A stretch of 64,000 bases of DNA. It comes from a phage. The first letter of the stretch is position 1. Each line of letters begins with the position of its first letter. The stretch lies in sequence record PZ027503.1; one strand, given 5' to 3'. A program made the position numbers and the translations under genes. Below, piece by piece: positions 19,510 through 28,033 of this stretch. The notes beneath the pieces are model-generated. The model was not told where the DNA came from, did not search any database, and saw nothing but the letters and a program-made list of their open reading frames with translations.

Positions 19510-19690
19510 AACAGTAGAAGAAGCCGTAAAAGCAGCTTATGAGGCTTTAGCGGAAGCAGAGCAGTTAGCAGATGAGACTGGTAAAGGTTTCCGTTTCTCC
19601 CCTGAATATGGGATGGGTGGCTATTATGATCCAGAAGATGAAAATGAGAATACTGGAACAAATTGGCATCCATCTTCTTTAAGTTGTTAA
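19493..19690 (+). CDS. small acidic protein ending in NWHPSSLSC
   Basis: ORF in track; GGAGAGGAG RBS; C-terminal W-x-SS-x-SC shared with next two small genes. Confidence 0.5.
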   Translation: MTTKFKTVEEAVKAAYEALAEAEQLADETGKGFRFSPEYGMGGYYDPEDENENTGTNWHPSSLSC

Positions 19691-19701
19691 TAGGAGGTAA
19701 A

Positions 19702-19971
19702 GTGGGAATCGAAGATATCAAAGGTTATAAACCGCATACCGATGACAAAATTGGTAAAGTGAATGCTATTAAAGATGCTGAAGTTCGATTAGGATTAATC
19801 TTTGATGCTCTAATGTCTGAATTGTGGGCTGAACTGGATGATTGTGAAGATTTGGAAGAGTCTACCAATATATCCACCCGCCTTGACCAAATTTCAATAG
19901 CAAAGACTAAGTTGAAAGAAGCTTCTATGTGGGCCTGTCGTTCCGTTTTCCAACCAGAGGAGAAATACTAA
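19702..19971 (+). CDS. hypothetical protein
   Basis: ORF in track trimmed to GTG 19702 after TAGGAGG. Confidence 0.4.
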   Translation: MGIEDIKGYKPHTDDKIGKVNAIKDAEVRLGLIFDALMSELWAELDDCEDLEESTNISTRLDQISIAKTKLKEASMWACRSVFQPEEKY

Positions 19972-20189
19972 TGAGTGATCGTAATGTTGAAGAATTAACT
20001 GAAAAAGCCCAAGCTATTATGGCTTTAGTGGACGAACTTACAAAAGAAGCTGAAGATGCTGGTTTTGGTCTTAGTTTAGAAAATGACGCAATCTGTTTTG
20101 AAGATTGGCAATCCTCTTCTTGTTATGGTGAAGGTGATGATGGTTTCGTCGTTAATTCTCAAGGCGTTTGGCACAGTAGTAGCTGTTAA
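19971..20189 (+). CDS. small acidic protein with internal WQSSSC and C-terminal VWHSSSC
   Basis: ATG 19971 after GAGGAGAAA; paralogous N-terminal helix with 19493 gene. Confidence 0.5.
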   Translation: MSDRNVEELTEKAQAIMALVDELTKEAEDAGFGLSLENDAICFEDWQSSSCYGEGDDGFVVNSQGVWHSSSC

Positions 20190-20198
20190 GGAGAGATT

Positions 20199-20471
20199 GT
20201 GGAGTCTGAAGGCGAACTGCTGATAAAAAAGAAAGTTAAAGAGATGGAACAAGCACAAAGAAAGTTTCGTAAGGAGATTGAAGAACTTTGTGAACAGTTT
20301 CAGGAACAAGCTTGGATAGGTGACTACGGTAACGGAGAAACTTATTACCCTACAGGAACGCCAGCCGCAGATCACTATATTGATTTCATTTGTGAAGATT
20401 ATGGTGTAGAGTTGGATGAAAATGGTTTAACCACAAGAGGTGTTTGGATCTCTTCTTCCTCAATGTGTTAG
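20199..20471 (+). CDS. small acidic protein ending in VWISSSSMC
   Basis: GTG start after AAGGAGAG; same C-terminal motif class. Confidence 0.5.
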   Translation: MESEGELLIKKKVKEMEQAQRKFRKEIEELCEQFQEQAWIGDYGNGETYYPTGTPAADHYIDFICEDYGVELDENGLTTRGVWISSSSMC

Positions 20472-20480
20472 TAAATAATA

Positions 20481-20502
20481 ACCCGCTTCGGCGGGTTTTT
20501 TA
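20481..20502 (+). terminator. intrinsic terminator
   Basis: ACCCGC-ttcg-GCGGGT hairpin followed by TTTTTT. Confidence 0.6.
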
Positions 20503-20531
20503 TTGACAGGAATCTGGAAGCTTGATAAACT
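20503..20531 (+). promoter_or_regulatory. sigma70-like promoter
   Basis: TTGACA, 17-bp spacer, TAAACT. Confidence 0.45.
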
Positions 20532-20561
20532 TAACCTATCAACCAATAGAGGAGAAATATT

Positions 20562-21503
20562 ATGGTGTTAATTGGTAGCCGTGCATTACAAATTCATGCT
20601 ATGGACATGGGAAAAGACTTGTATCGCCCTTGTGTAGATTTAGATTACCTGTGTACAGAACAAGAGTGGGAAGAATTATCAAAAATGTTCTCTCAAGATG
20701 AGTTTGTTGAACTTGTAGAACGTAAAGGAAACAAAGGCCATGTCAAAATGATAGCTGGTGCACATTTGGAATACGATATTGCTTCTCAAGGAGATAGCAC
20801 AGAAGCTTTGATTAGTTATTGTGAAGATTCTGATGATGTTCGTCGAACTTACGCTGGACATGTTGTTGCTCCTTTAGATGTGCTCTACCTTCTTAAAATG
20901 AGTCATCGTTTTAAAAAAGATAGTCCTCACTTCTTTAAAACTATGAAAGATATTCATTTCATGCGGTCACTGGGCGCAAAGATCCCAGAAAATCTTAAGA
21001 GTATTTATGAGTTGCGTGAGAAAGAAACATACACTTACTCTCATCCGAACTTAAACGTAAAAAGTAAAGACTTTTTTAAAGGTGATGAGGTTCCGTATGT
21101 TTATGATCATGATTCTATCCATGAAGCAATCGCGGTAATGGATGCTCCGGCATATAAATCTTATATGAAAGATGGAAGTGAAGTTATGACCAGCAAAGAA
21201 AAGTTTTTTGCTCAACCAAAACATGTGCGCCTGTTAGGTGTTTATGAAGAAGCGTGTGTTTTGGCTTTGGAACGTTCACAAATTCCTTTCGGTGGAGAGA
21301 TCGGAGGTCCAACCCCTAAGCAAAGTTTTATAATGGCTTTATCTAAAGTCTGCACATCCATCACTAGTGGTTGGTTTAGGGAATATGCTTGGGAAAACTT
21401 TTATGTTGTTATTAAACTATATGAAAACATGGGCGAAAACGACTATGTTGAACGTTTTAAAGCTAATCAACATGTAGTAAAGCCTTTTGAAGGAGGTTAT
21501 TAA
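20562..21503 (+). CDS. hypothetical protein (possible nucleotidyltransferase-like fold, weak)
   Basis: 313 aa; N-terminal IGSRA...VDLDYL loosely resembles GS...DxD of Pol-beta-type NTases but spacing atypical. Confidence 0.5.
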   Translation: MVLIGSRALQIHAMDMGKDLYRPCVDLDYLCTEQEWEELSKMFSQDEFVELVERKGNKGHVKMIAGAHLEYDIASQGDSTEALISYCEDSDDVRRTYAGHVVAPLDVLYLLKMSHRFKKDSPHFFKTMKDIHFMRSLGAKIPENLKSIYELREKETYTYSHPNLNVKSKDFFKGDEVPYVYDHDSIHEAIAVMDAPAYKSYMKDGSEVMTSKEKFFAQPKHVRLLGVYEEACVLALERSQIPFGGEIGGPTPKQSFIMALSKVCTSITSGWFREYAWENFYVVIKLYENMGENDYVERFKANQHVVKPFEGGY

Positions 21504-21504
21504 T

Positions 21505-21900
21505 ATGTGTGGATATCTTTCAGAAAGTTATTTCAAAGTGACGCATGAGGATTTAGAAAAAGCACGATTGAAACTGACAGCTATTATTGAATACTCTAAT
21601 ACTGTTGATCACAGATTAAAGACTACTAAAGTATCTGTTCCTTGTTGGTTAGGTTTACGGCATAAAATAATGTCTCAACATGACCATGTTGTTCGAGAGA
21701 TGCATGGTTGGTGTTGGTTTCACGATGTGGCTCTGCATTTTGGTTATATTACAGAAGAAGAGCATAGATTCTGTGAACTAACATATCGTATTCCAACCCT
21801 TCACGATTTAGATTTGTGGAAGAAAGCAAACGAGATTTTTCTTACAGAAAGTGATTGGCGTAAAGTTATGGCTTGTCTTGAATGGAGGGGTAATGAGTAA
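21505..21900 (+). CDS. hypothetical protein
   Basis: ORF trimmed to ATG 21505 after GAAGGAGG. Confidence 0.5.
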   Translation: MCGYLSESYFKVTHEDLEKARLKLTAIIEYSNTVDHRLKTTKVSVPCWLGLRHKIMSQHDHVVREMHGWCWFHDVALHFGYITEEEHRFCELTYRIPTLHDLDLWKKANEIFLTESDWRKVMACLEWRGNE

Positions 21901-22576
21901 AACAGTTTTGTCTATGTTTGACGGATCTGGGATCATGGTGTTACGTTATGCCGAAGCAGGTCACAAGTGTTTTTGTGTAAACGCTGATGAAGGGGATCAC
22001 GGTAAATACGAGGTTAGGATGGAGCACCCAAACATAACCTATGTGAATGCCTGGATAGATTCTACATTCAACCCTGAAGATCATGGGATACCTAAACCCG
22101 ATATTATTTTTGGATTTCCACCTTGCACTATGTTAGCAGGTAGTGGTAGCAAACACGAACGCAGCACAGAGGAATTGGATGAAGCTTTAGCTAATATTCG
22201 TGTAGTGGAAGCTTTGGGTAACAAATATAATGTTCCTTGGATGATTGAGAACCCAGTAGGTAAACTTTCAACCTTATGGCGTAAACCCGATTTTTACTTT
22301 GATCCTTATGAGTATGGTGGGTATTTGTTTGAAGAGGAAGGAAGCTTTCATCCTAAAATGCCTACCCGTGATGGGTATACAAAGAAAACTTGTATTTGGC
22401 ACGGCAATGGTTTTGTTCAACCAGTTAAGAAACCAGTAGATCATATAGGCTGCTTCTGGGGTTGGAAAAGCTTAGGTGGAGCTAGTGCAAAAACAAAACA
22501 ACTTAGATCACTAACCGCACGTGGTTTTGCTCGTGCAGTGTTTTTGTCTAACAATCTTCTAGATAAGGAGAAATAA
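21893..22576 (+). CDS. C5-cytosine methyltransferase-like catalytic-core protein lacking a target-recognition domain
   Basis: LSMFDGSG (motif I-like), FGFPPC (PC motif), MIENP (ENV-like); only 227 aa; ATG 21893 after GGAGGGG. Confidence 0.35.
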   Translation: MSKTVLSMFDGSGIMVLRYAEAGHKCFCVNADEGDHGKYEVRMEHPNITYVNAWIDSTFNPEDHGIPKPDIIFGFPPCTMLAGSGSKHERSTEELDEALANIRVVEALGNKYNVPWMIENPVGKLSTLWRKPDFYFDPYEYGGYLFEEEGSFHPKMPTRDGYTKKTCIWHGNGFVQPVKKPVDHIGCFWGWKSLGGASAKTKQLRSLTARGFARAVFLSNNLLDKEK

Positions 22577-23229
22577 TGTCAAATTCAAAACCAGTGGTTG
22601 CTTATCAAGTAGATCGTAATGATGGTGAAGGAAGTGTTGTTATTTTCAGTACACACGGTCTTGAGGCTCGTCGAAAAGGTGCATATCGTTTAGAATGTGA
22701 GTTTGAAGACTGCACAAGCCACCGTGTCAAACAATTCGATCAATATGCTGATAAAGGCTTCGTCCCTATCAAAGCGTTACTGGAAGATGGTTGGTGGGTA
22801 TATTCTGCTTTTGATTACTCAAAACTGGAGGAGTCAGCTTCGTGCGCCTCCGAGATCGAATATGATGATTACTATGACACTCTATACCTTCCAGAATGGC
22901 TTGTCTTTTCTCCTGATGAGAGAAGTGTCTGGAAAACGTGGGAAGAAATGGAGAGACATGCGTATAGCATCAATGAAGCTTTAGATCGTAAAGCTTGGTT
23001 TATTGAGGCAGTAAAGGCGGCATACCCCCAATTCTCATTCTGTGATTTCACTGGTGGCCCAGGATACATTACACATACAGCCTCTTTTGAGTTTCCTGGT
23101 TCACGTTATAAGGGTAATGTTTATTGGGACTGGGATGAAAATAAACAACCTTCGGCTCAAGACTTCCGTTGCTATGTTTGTCAAGGCGATCAAGAAGCCC
23201 TTGACAAATACCTACAAAGTCTGGTATAG
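22576..23229 (+). CDS. hypothetical protein
   Basis: ORF in track; TAATG overlap. Confidence 0.5.
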   Translation: MSNSKPVVAYQVDRNDGEGSVVIFSTHGLEARRKGAYRLECEFEDCTSHRVKQFDQYADKGFVPIKALLEDGWWVYSAFDYSKLEESASCASEIEYDDYYDTLYLPEWLVFSPDERSVWKTWEEMERHAYSINEALDRKAWFIEAVKAAYPQFSFCDFTGGPGYITHTASFEFPGSRYKGNVYWDWDENKQPSAQDFRCYVCQGDQEALDKYLQSLV

Positions 23230-23244
23230 TGCCAGCATCTGAAC

Positions 23245-23276
23245 AAAGCCTCCTGTTTCAGGGGGCTTTTCTTTTA
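23245..23276 (+). terminator. intrinsic terminator
   Basis: AAAGCCTCC...GGGGGCTTT 9-bp stem (one G-U) followed by TCTTTTAT. Confidence 0.5.
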
Positions 23277-23287
23277 TAGGAGGGAAT

Positions 23288-23773
23288 ATGTTTCAAGTAA
23301 ATGTCAATGTGCATAATAGTTACTCTGATTGTGAAACGTGTGGCTATAATTCATCTAATGTTATTCGTATTAGTGGCGATTTAGGAGAAGCTTCTTTTGG
23401 AGAAGAAGCAAGTTGCTTTAGTGGTATGGATGCAGAATGGAATGATATTGCACATTGGTTAGTGAGCAAACTAAAAGAAAAAGAGAAACCATTTCCTACT
23501 CTGCTTGATCGTTCTCTTGTGGAAGATGCAGGTAAAGCATACGCAGACTATGCGTATGCAGACGGGAAATATTTGGAAGATGATAAGGCTAACCATTTGC
23601 TTTATGTTTACTATGAAGCTGAATCTGCCTACGATAATTATTACAGCATGTCTAACATCCTACGTCTGTTTGCAGAGTTTGATATTTATTTCGAAGTAGA
23701 ATTTTCAGAAGATGATACTTACGAGTACAATTCTTATGATCCATTTGAGGAGGAAGAATGCCAAGACGAGTGA
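23288..23773 (+). CDS. hypothetical acidic protein
   Basis: ORF in track; GGAGGGA RBS. Confidence 0.5.
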   Translation: MFQVNVNVHNSYSDCETCGYNSSNVIRISGDLGEASFGEEASCFSGMDAEWNDIAHWLVSKLKEKEKPFPTLLDRSLVEDAGKAYADYAYADGKYLEDDKANHLLYVYYEAESAYDNYYSMSNILRLFAEFDIYFEVEFSEDDTYEYNSYDPFEEEECQDE

Positions 23774-24573
23774 TTTTTGTAAGCGGTGCAGGTTTAAGTG
23801 CAGACAGTGGGATTCGAACATTTAGAACAGACACAGATAGTGGTCGTGCTTTATGGGAAGAATATGATTTAGAAGAGGTCTGCGATATTGGAGCTTTCCA
23901 AGCAGGTTATCGTGTTAGAACATCTCCAGATCTTCCAGTGGTCGGTGGTGTAGACGAGAACGGTATGGATTTGTATGCCAAAACACACGAATTTTATAAC
24001 AAAAGACGTGTTGAGCTTAAAGATGTACAACCTAATGCTGCACATATTCAAATAGCAAAGTGGTTTAAGGAATATCCTAACCAAATAGTAAACTTGACAA
24101 CAAACGTTGATGATCTACTAGAGCGAGCAGGTGTAGACAGAGATTCTGTTATTCACGTACACGGCTATCTTCCTGAAGTAGTTTACCGTATGCATCCTGG
24201 AGATTACAAAACACTGGTAGATATTGGTTACAATAGTATAAACATAGATGATTATAACTGGGTGAAGCCTAATGTTGTATTTTTTGGTGAGGCTGCACCT
24301 TTGTATGCAGATATGGCTCACTTGTTCGATACTTTGACCATGCAAGATTTGGTTGTAGTAGTAGGATGTTCAAACCAAGTTATCAATTTTAATTGGGAAT
24401 TATTTCCTGCACTTAGTATGGGTACAAAAATGGTTGTAGTTAACCCTGGAGTTAATTACGAAGAAACACTTCTCTATGAAGATCGTGGAGTTTTTGTTTA
24501 CCGAGAAAAAGCTGCAACAGCCTTCAGCAATGAAGGTTTCATTAAAATGGTCGAAGACCACTTAAACAAATAA
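23758..24573 (+). CDS. Sir2-family (sirtuin/CobB-like) protein lacking the zinc-ribbon cysteines
   Basis: GAGLSADSGIRTFR, QPNAAHIQIAKW, TTNVDDLLERAG, VIHVHG, VVFFGE parallel CobB; the Cys4 segment is absent. Confidence 0.8.
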   Translation: MPRRVIFVSGAGLSADSGIRTFRTDTDSGRALWEEYDLEEVCDIGAFQAGYRVRTSPDLPVVGGVDENGMDLYAKTHEFYNKRRVELKDVQPNAAHIQIAKWFKEYPNQIVNLTTNVDDLLERAGVDRDSVIHVHGYLPEVVYRMHPGDYKTLVDIGYNSINIDDYNWVKPNVVFFGEAAPLYADMAHLFDTLTMQDLVVVVGCSNQVINFNWELFPALSMGTKMVVVNPGVNYEETLLYEDRGVFVYREKAATAFSNEGFIKMVEDHLNK

Positions 24574-24582
24574 ACCACTCAA

Positions 24583-24605
24583 GGGGCTTCGGCCCCTTTC
24601 TTATT
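24583..24605 (+). terminator. intrinsic terminator
   Basis: GGGGC-ttcg-GCCCC followed by TTTCTTATT. Confidence 0.55.
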
Positions 24606-24616
24606 AGGAGAATAAA

Positions 24617-24889
24617 ATGACTGAAGAAATCCGTGATTACTACCTTGCACATTACGTTTACTACTTTGCCAATGCTACACAAAAAGGGGAAGGTAATCTT
24701 TACTTGGCAACAGGACATGGAACAGGCGTTAGGAAATCAAATATTGATAATGCCTTGGCTCAAGTGGCTGCGGGGCTAGAAGATAAACTTCAAACACCTG
24801 TAGTTGTAGTGATGCAAAATATAAGTTACTTAGCAAGTTGTACTGAAACCGAATTTAACGCGTCTGAGACGCAATCTAACGAAGAATAA
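24617..24889 (+). CDS. hypothetical protein
   Basis: ORF in track; AGGAGAATAAA RBS; last gene of plus-strand block. Confidence 0.5.
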   Translation: MTEEIRDYYLAHYVYYFANATQKGEGNLYLATGHGTGVRKSNIDNALAQVAAGLEDKLQTPVVVVMQNISYLASCTETEFNASETQSNEE

Positions 24890-24924
24890 AACAAAGGCAC
24901 CCACTTGGGTGCCTTTTCTATTTT
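24885..24924. terminator. bidirectional terminator at convergent strand switch
   Basis: AGGCACCC-actt-GGGTGCCT hairpin flanked by A-rich 5' side and TTTCTATTTT 3' side. Confidence 0.55.
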
Positions 24925-24958
24925 AGAGCGTCTCTGTTCGATTTAGGTGGGTTCTAGC

Positions 24959-25189
24959 TTACTTGTGTAGTGCTCTCTCGTATAACTCAATGATCAATTC
25001 ATCCTCTACTGTAATACGCGCCATTTGATCCGTCTTAAGTATTGTTGGTTGGTAGTGGTGCATTTCACTATTGATACTACAATCCCATTCGTCATAACCT
25101 AAATACTCTCCTACATGGACCTTAACCATAAAGGGAAACGGGTTATCTACCAAAAATGCCATACAACCTTCTTCGATTTTATTTAACAC
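24959..25189 (-). CDS. hypothetical protein
   Basis: ORF in track; AGGAGG upstream of GTG start. Confidence 0.4.
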   Translation of the reverse strand: MLNKIEEGCMAFLVDNPFPFMVKVHVGEYLGYDEWDCSINSEMHHYQPTILKTDQMARITVEDELIIELYERALHK

Positions 25190-25214
25190 ACGACCTCCTA
25201 TTGCTACAGATATG

Positions 25215-25236
25215 AAAAAACCCGCCGAAGCGGGTT
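25215..25236 (-). terminator. intrinsic terminator (minus strand)
   Basis: ACCCGC-ttcg-GCGGGTT hairpin followed by TTTTTT on minus strand. Confidence 0.55.
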
Positions 25237-25280
25237 CTATTGCTACGATAGGATCACTATCCTATAGTATTGTTTCTGTG

Positions 25281-25562
25281 TCAAGCCTTAGCGTAGAAAA
25301 ACTTCTCATATTCAGATTTTGTTACGATTGTGGGGCAACCTTTTGTTCCATCCTCGATAACAGGGGCTTCTACCATTCTGGTGTTGAATAAGCAATAAGT
25401 TCCACGCATGTAAATACCCAGTTTTGTTTCTACGATGTGCTCTTTACTTACGCTTGAAAACTTAATCTCACCATCGGAGTCTCTTATAGCAATAAGCGCA
25501 TGTTCGGGCCAATCTTTTCCTTTTGCTCCTAAAGCATTATACAATTCTTGAACGAGTTCCAT
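25281..25562 (-). CDS. hypothetical protein
   Basis: ORF in track. Confidence 0.45.
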   Translation of the reverse strand: MELVQELYNALGAKGKDWPEHALIAIRDSDGEIKFSSVSKEHIVETKLGIYMRGTYCLFNTRMVEAPVIEDGTKGCPTIVTKSEYEKFFYAKA

Positions 25563-25574
25563 GTGACCTCCTTA

Positions 25575-25748
25575 TTAAATAACAAATTTTTCTTCTTCTG
25601 GCTTATCGTAATCTGGAGAATAAACATGTGCGGGATTAAAACCTTTAAAATTTCCGCGACCTTTACGTGGACAGTTGAATGTGCGAGCTTGATGATCCCC
25701 AAAAGATTTCCCACAATGCATACATTTAAAATCAGTGCGTTTAGTCAT
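25575..25748 (-). CDS. small zinc-ribbon protein
   Basis: CMHCG...CPRKG; start set at ATG 25748 after AAGGAG; 5' UTR hairpin at 25769-25791. Confidence 0.4.
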   Translation of the reverse strand: MTKRTDFKCMHCGKSFGDHQARTFNCPRKGRGNFKGFNPAHVYSPDYDKPEEEKFVI

Positions 25749-25800
25749 GCCATATCTCCTTTTAAAAGGCTGCACCTATTGAAGATGCAGCTTTGATAGA

Positions 25801-25902
25801 TTATTTAGATGAGTCTAAAATGTCTTTTACTTTTGCCGTGATAACGTCTTGATATTTGTTAATAAGATAGCCTACAACTACACCTACGATAAATGAAACC
25901 AT
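25801..25902 (-). CDS. small hydrophobic peptide (33 aa)
   Basis: Below track cutoff; AAGGAG RBS; MVSFIVGVVVGYLI hydrophobic stretch. Confidence 0.3.
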   Translation of the reverse strand: MVSFIVGVVVGYLINKYQDVITAKVKDILDSSK

Positions 25903-25911
25903 TATTTCTCC

Positions 25912-26520
25912 TTATTTAAGTGGTGAGAGAACAATCTCTCGGTTTTTTAAGAACCAAAGCATGTCATCTTGATCATAATCTGATCCCTCTGTAGTAGAAT
26001 TTTTGATAGAATCAAAAAACCAACGAGGTATACCAAAACAACTTCCAGATGACTGCATGTCTTTCTGCGACATTTTAAATGTGATTGGAAAATCACAATT
26101 ATCAATCTCTCGGATATCTGCTGAAGATAAGATTGTAACTTCAACCAGTTCGTCGTTAGATGTAGTATCGTTGTCTTCCTGAATAATGTCAAATGCTTTT
26201 TGCACATCTTTTGCATCTAATGTTAAACCTGTGGCTTTCTGAAAAGCCGAAACAAAAATTAGAGCTTCTTCAGAGCAAGGGGCTTCCAGCAAATGAGCCA
26301 TAATAGGTGACAAGCAAATGTTAAGATCTTTGTCATACCAACGAACAATCCACACAGGCGTTGCTCCGTTTTGTTTGTCACGAGCCAAAATTGTAACGTG
26401 CTGACCTTCTTCTGGTATATGATACCAACCAGAAAAACCAGGACCTGTAGTAGATTTTTTGACACGTGCTACGTGTCCAACTTCTAAAGGATCTTTACCA
26501 TCCCAAATCTTCTCTTCCAT
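25912..26520 (-). CDS. hypothetical protein
   Basis: ORF in track, 202 aa. Confidence 0.5.
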   Translation of the reverse strand: MEEKIWDGKDPLEVGHVARVKKSTTGPGFSGWYHIPEEGQHVTILARDKQNGATPVWIVRWYDKDLNICLSPIMAHLLEAPCSEEALIFVSAFQKATGLTLDAKDVQKAFDIIQEDNDTTSNDELVEVTILSSADIREIDNCDFPITFKMSQKDMQSSGSCFGIPRWFFDSIKNSTTEGSDYDQDDMLWFLKNREIVLSPLK

Positions 26521-26528
26521 ATAACCTC

Positions 26529-26792
26529 CTAAATAACATCTTTGAAATAGTGAATCACTTCAATATTATGGTACAAAGTGCTTCGCTCTTTTGTGTACTC
26601 TGTTTTAGTAACAAACACTTTTGCAATACCGTACTTATGTGCTGGTAGGTTTGGATTGGTTTGCATAATTTCTTTCACTACACTTATAGTTTCGTGCTCG
26701 GATTCCCAATAAGTGAAGTAACCCTCACTATCAACGATTAAAGACTCGTTTTCAAGATCTACAAAACAGAAAAATATTGACGGATGGCTCAT
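26529..26792 (-). CDS. hypothetical protein
   Basis: ORF in track; ATGA overlap with upstream small gene. Confidence 0.45.
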   Translation of the reverse strand: MSHPSIFFCFVDLENESLIVDSEGYFTYWESEHETISVVKEIMQTNPNLPAHKYGIAKVFVTKTEYTKERSTLYHNIEVIHYFKDVI

Positions 26793-26956
26793 TCTTTTTC
26801 TTCAACCTTCCTCAAAGCTTTTTGATCGAATATGGCGTGTTGCAATTCCCCGTTTTCATCGAACCAAGTTACTTTACAAGATTCACCATAACTTTCTATT
26901 ACTGTCATTTGTTTGTTTGCACCTTTAAGACAAACCACATCACCTACTTGCATCAT
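26789..26956 (-). CDS. small protein, DUF2158-like (55 aa)
   Basis: Below track cutoff; GDVVCLKGANKQMTV pattern; ATGA overlaps on both sides. Confidence 0.35.
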   Translation of the reverse strand: MMQVGDVVCLKGANKQMTVIESYGESCKVTWFDENGELQHAIFDQKALRKVEEKE

Positions 26957-27402
26957 GATTGAGTTCCTTTTTGTTTTTCAATGGCTGCACGAATTTCTGC
27001 TAAAGGCTCTGCTACCAGATCTTCAACTTCTTGGATTTGTTCATTCATTACGTCACGAACCATTTGAATCCGCTCTTCAAGGGAAACAGCAAGTTCATCT
27101 GCATAAGCCATATTAAGAACGTGGTAGAAATTTTCTTGTGCACTTAAAGCACCAGATAACAAATAATCCTGATCTTCCTCTGGTAAAAGCATGTGTTGCT
27201 CATATTCAGCAAAAGTGTTTTTGTTAATCTCAAGCAAAGCACCCATCATAACATCATACTGATAATCTTTATGGCCAGGGTTGTTTAAAATAACATCTTC
27301 AAAGATATTAAGAAGAATCTTAGTAACAAAAGCATTGTTTTCGGCACCTTCCATCTGACGGATTACCGTGATTACTTCTTTTTCTTTAGCGTTTTGGCTC
27401 AT
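26953..27402 (-). CDS. hypothetical protein
   Basis: ORF in track. Confidence 0.5.
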   Translation of the reverse strand: MSQNAKEKEVITVIRQMEGAENNAFVTKILLNIFEDVILNNPGHKDYQYDVMMGALLEINKNTFAEYEQHMLLPEEDQDYLLSGALSAQENFYHVLNMAYADELAVSLEERIQMVRDVMNEQIQEVEDLVAEPLAEIRAAIEKQKGTQS

Positions 27403-27592
27403 AGTGTTTCTCCTCTGATTCTATTTGGATATAACCTGTGGTTTTGCACGGGTTACACTCGTAAATTTGACCTACATCCGCCATAACATATCCTGCACCA
27501 CCACAATAGGGGCAAGGCATAGGAGAACAAGGTGTGGACGTAGTGATTGTTACGACATTATCAATTTCCAACATTTTCGCCATTATTACCAT
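27386..27592 (-). CDS. small zinc-finger protein
   Basis: CPYCGG...CNPC; ORF in track. Confidence 0.4.
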   Translation of the reverse strand: MVIMAKMLEIDNVVTITTSTPCSPMPCPYCGGAGYVMADVGQIYECNPCKTTGYIQIESEEKHYEPKR

Positions 27593-27834
27593 TCCGCTAT
27601 TAACGTCAAACCAAGTGCATCGTTAAAACGCTCAACATTTGAGTATAGGTATGGAGGGGTTATTTGCTCTAAAATTTGTGCTGCTTCCACTTGGTGTTCT
27701 ATGTTTTGAGAAGTTCGGGCATAAACTAAGACACCCATTTTATTCAAAATAAAAACAGAATCAGACCCATCCAGCTTATCAACGGCTGCATACATTTTAG
27801 TCATATTTTCTCCTGGATTACCATTCAGCAACAA
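27586..27834 (-). CDS. hypothetical protein
   Basis: ORF in track. Confidence 0.4.
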   Translation of the reverse strand: MLLNGNPGENMTKMYAAVDKLDGSDSVFILNKMGVLVYARTSQNIEHQVEAAQILEQITPPYLYSNVERFNDALGLTLIAEW

Positions 27835-28033
27835 GACTGGGATTCATTGCAAAAGCTTTGAAAGTTGTTATGTCATGACTAACATTAAAACTAACACCTT
27901 TTACTTTCTCCAGTATTTGAACTTTTGTCTCTCCGTCCCACGGTAGGATGATAACACCATCTCCTGTGATCAACCACCAATGTTTCTCTCCATCTCGTGA
28001 ATCTTTTGCTTTGTATAGAAAATTGGAACTCAT
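27818..28033 (-). CDS. hypothetical protein
   Basis: ORF in track; AGGAGGAAGA RBS; promoter-like TTGACA upstream. Confidence 0.45.
   Translation of the reverse strand: MSSNFLYKAKDSRDGEKHWWLITGDGVIILPWDGETKVQILEKVKGVSFNVSHDITTFKAFAMNPSLVAEW

Noticed and set aside
22697-22984. 95-aa plus-strand ORF in an alternative frame
   Set aside because: Fully nested inside the 22576-23229 gene; no RBS.
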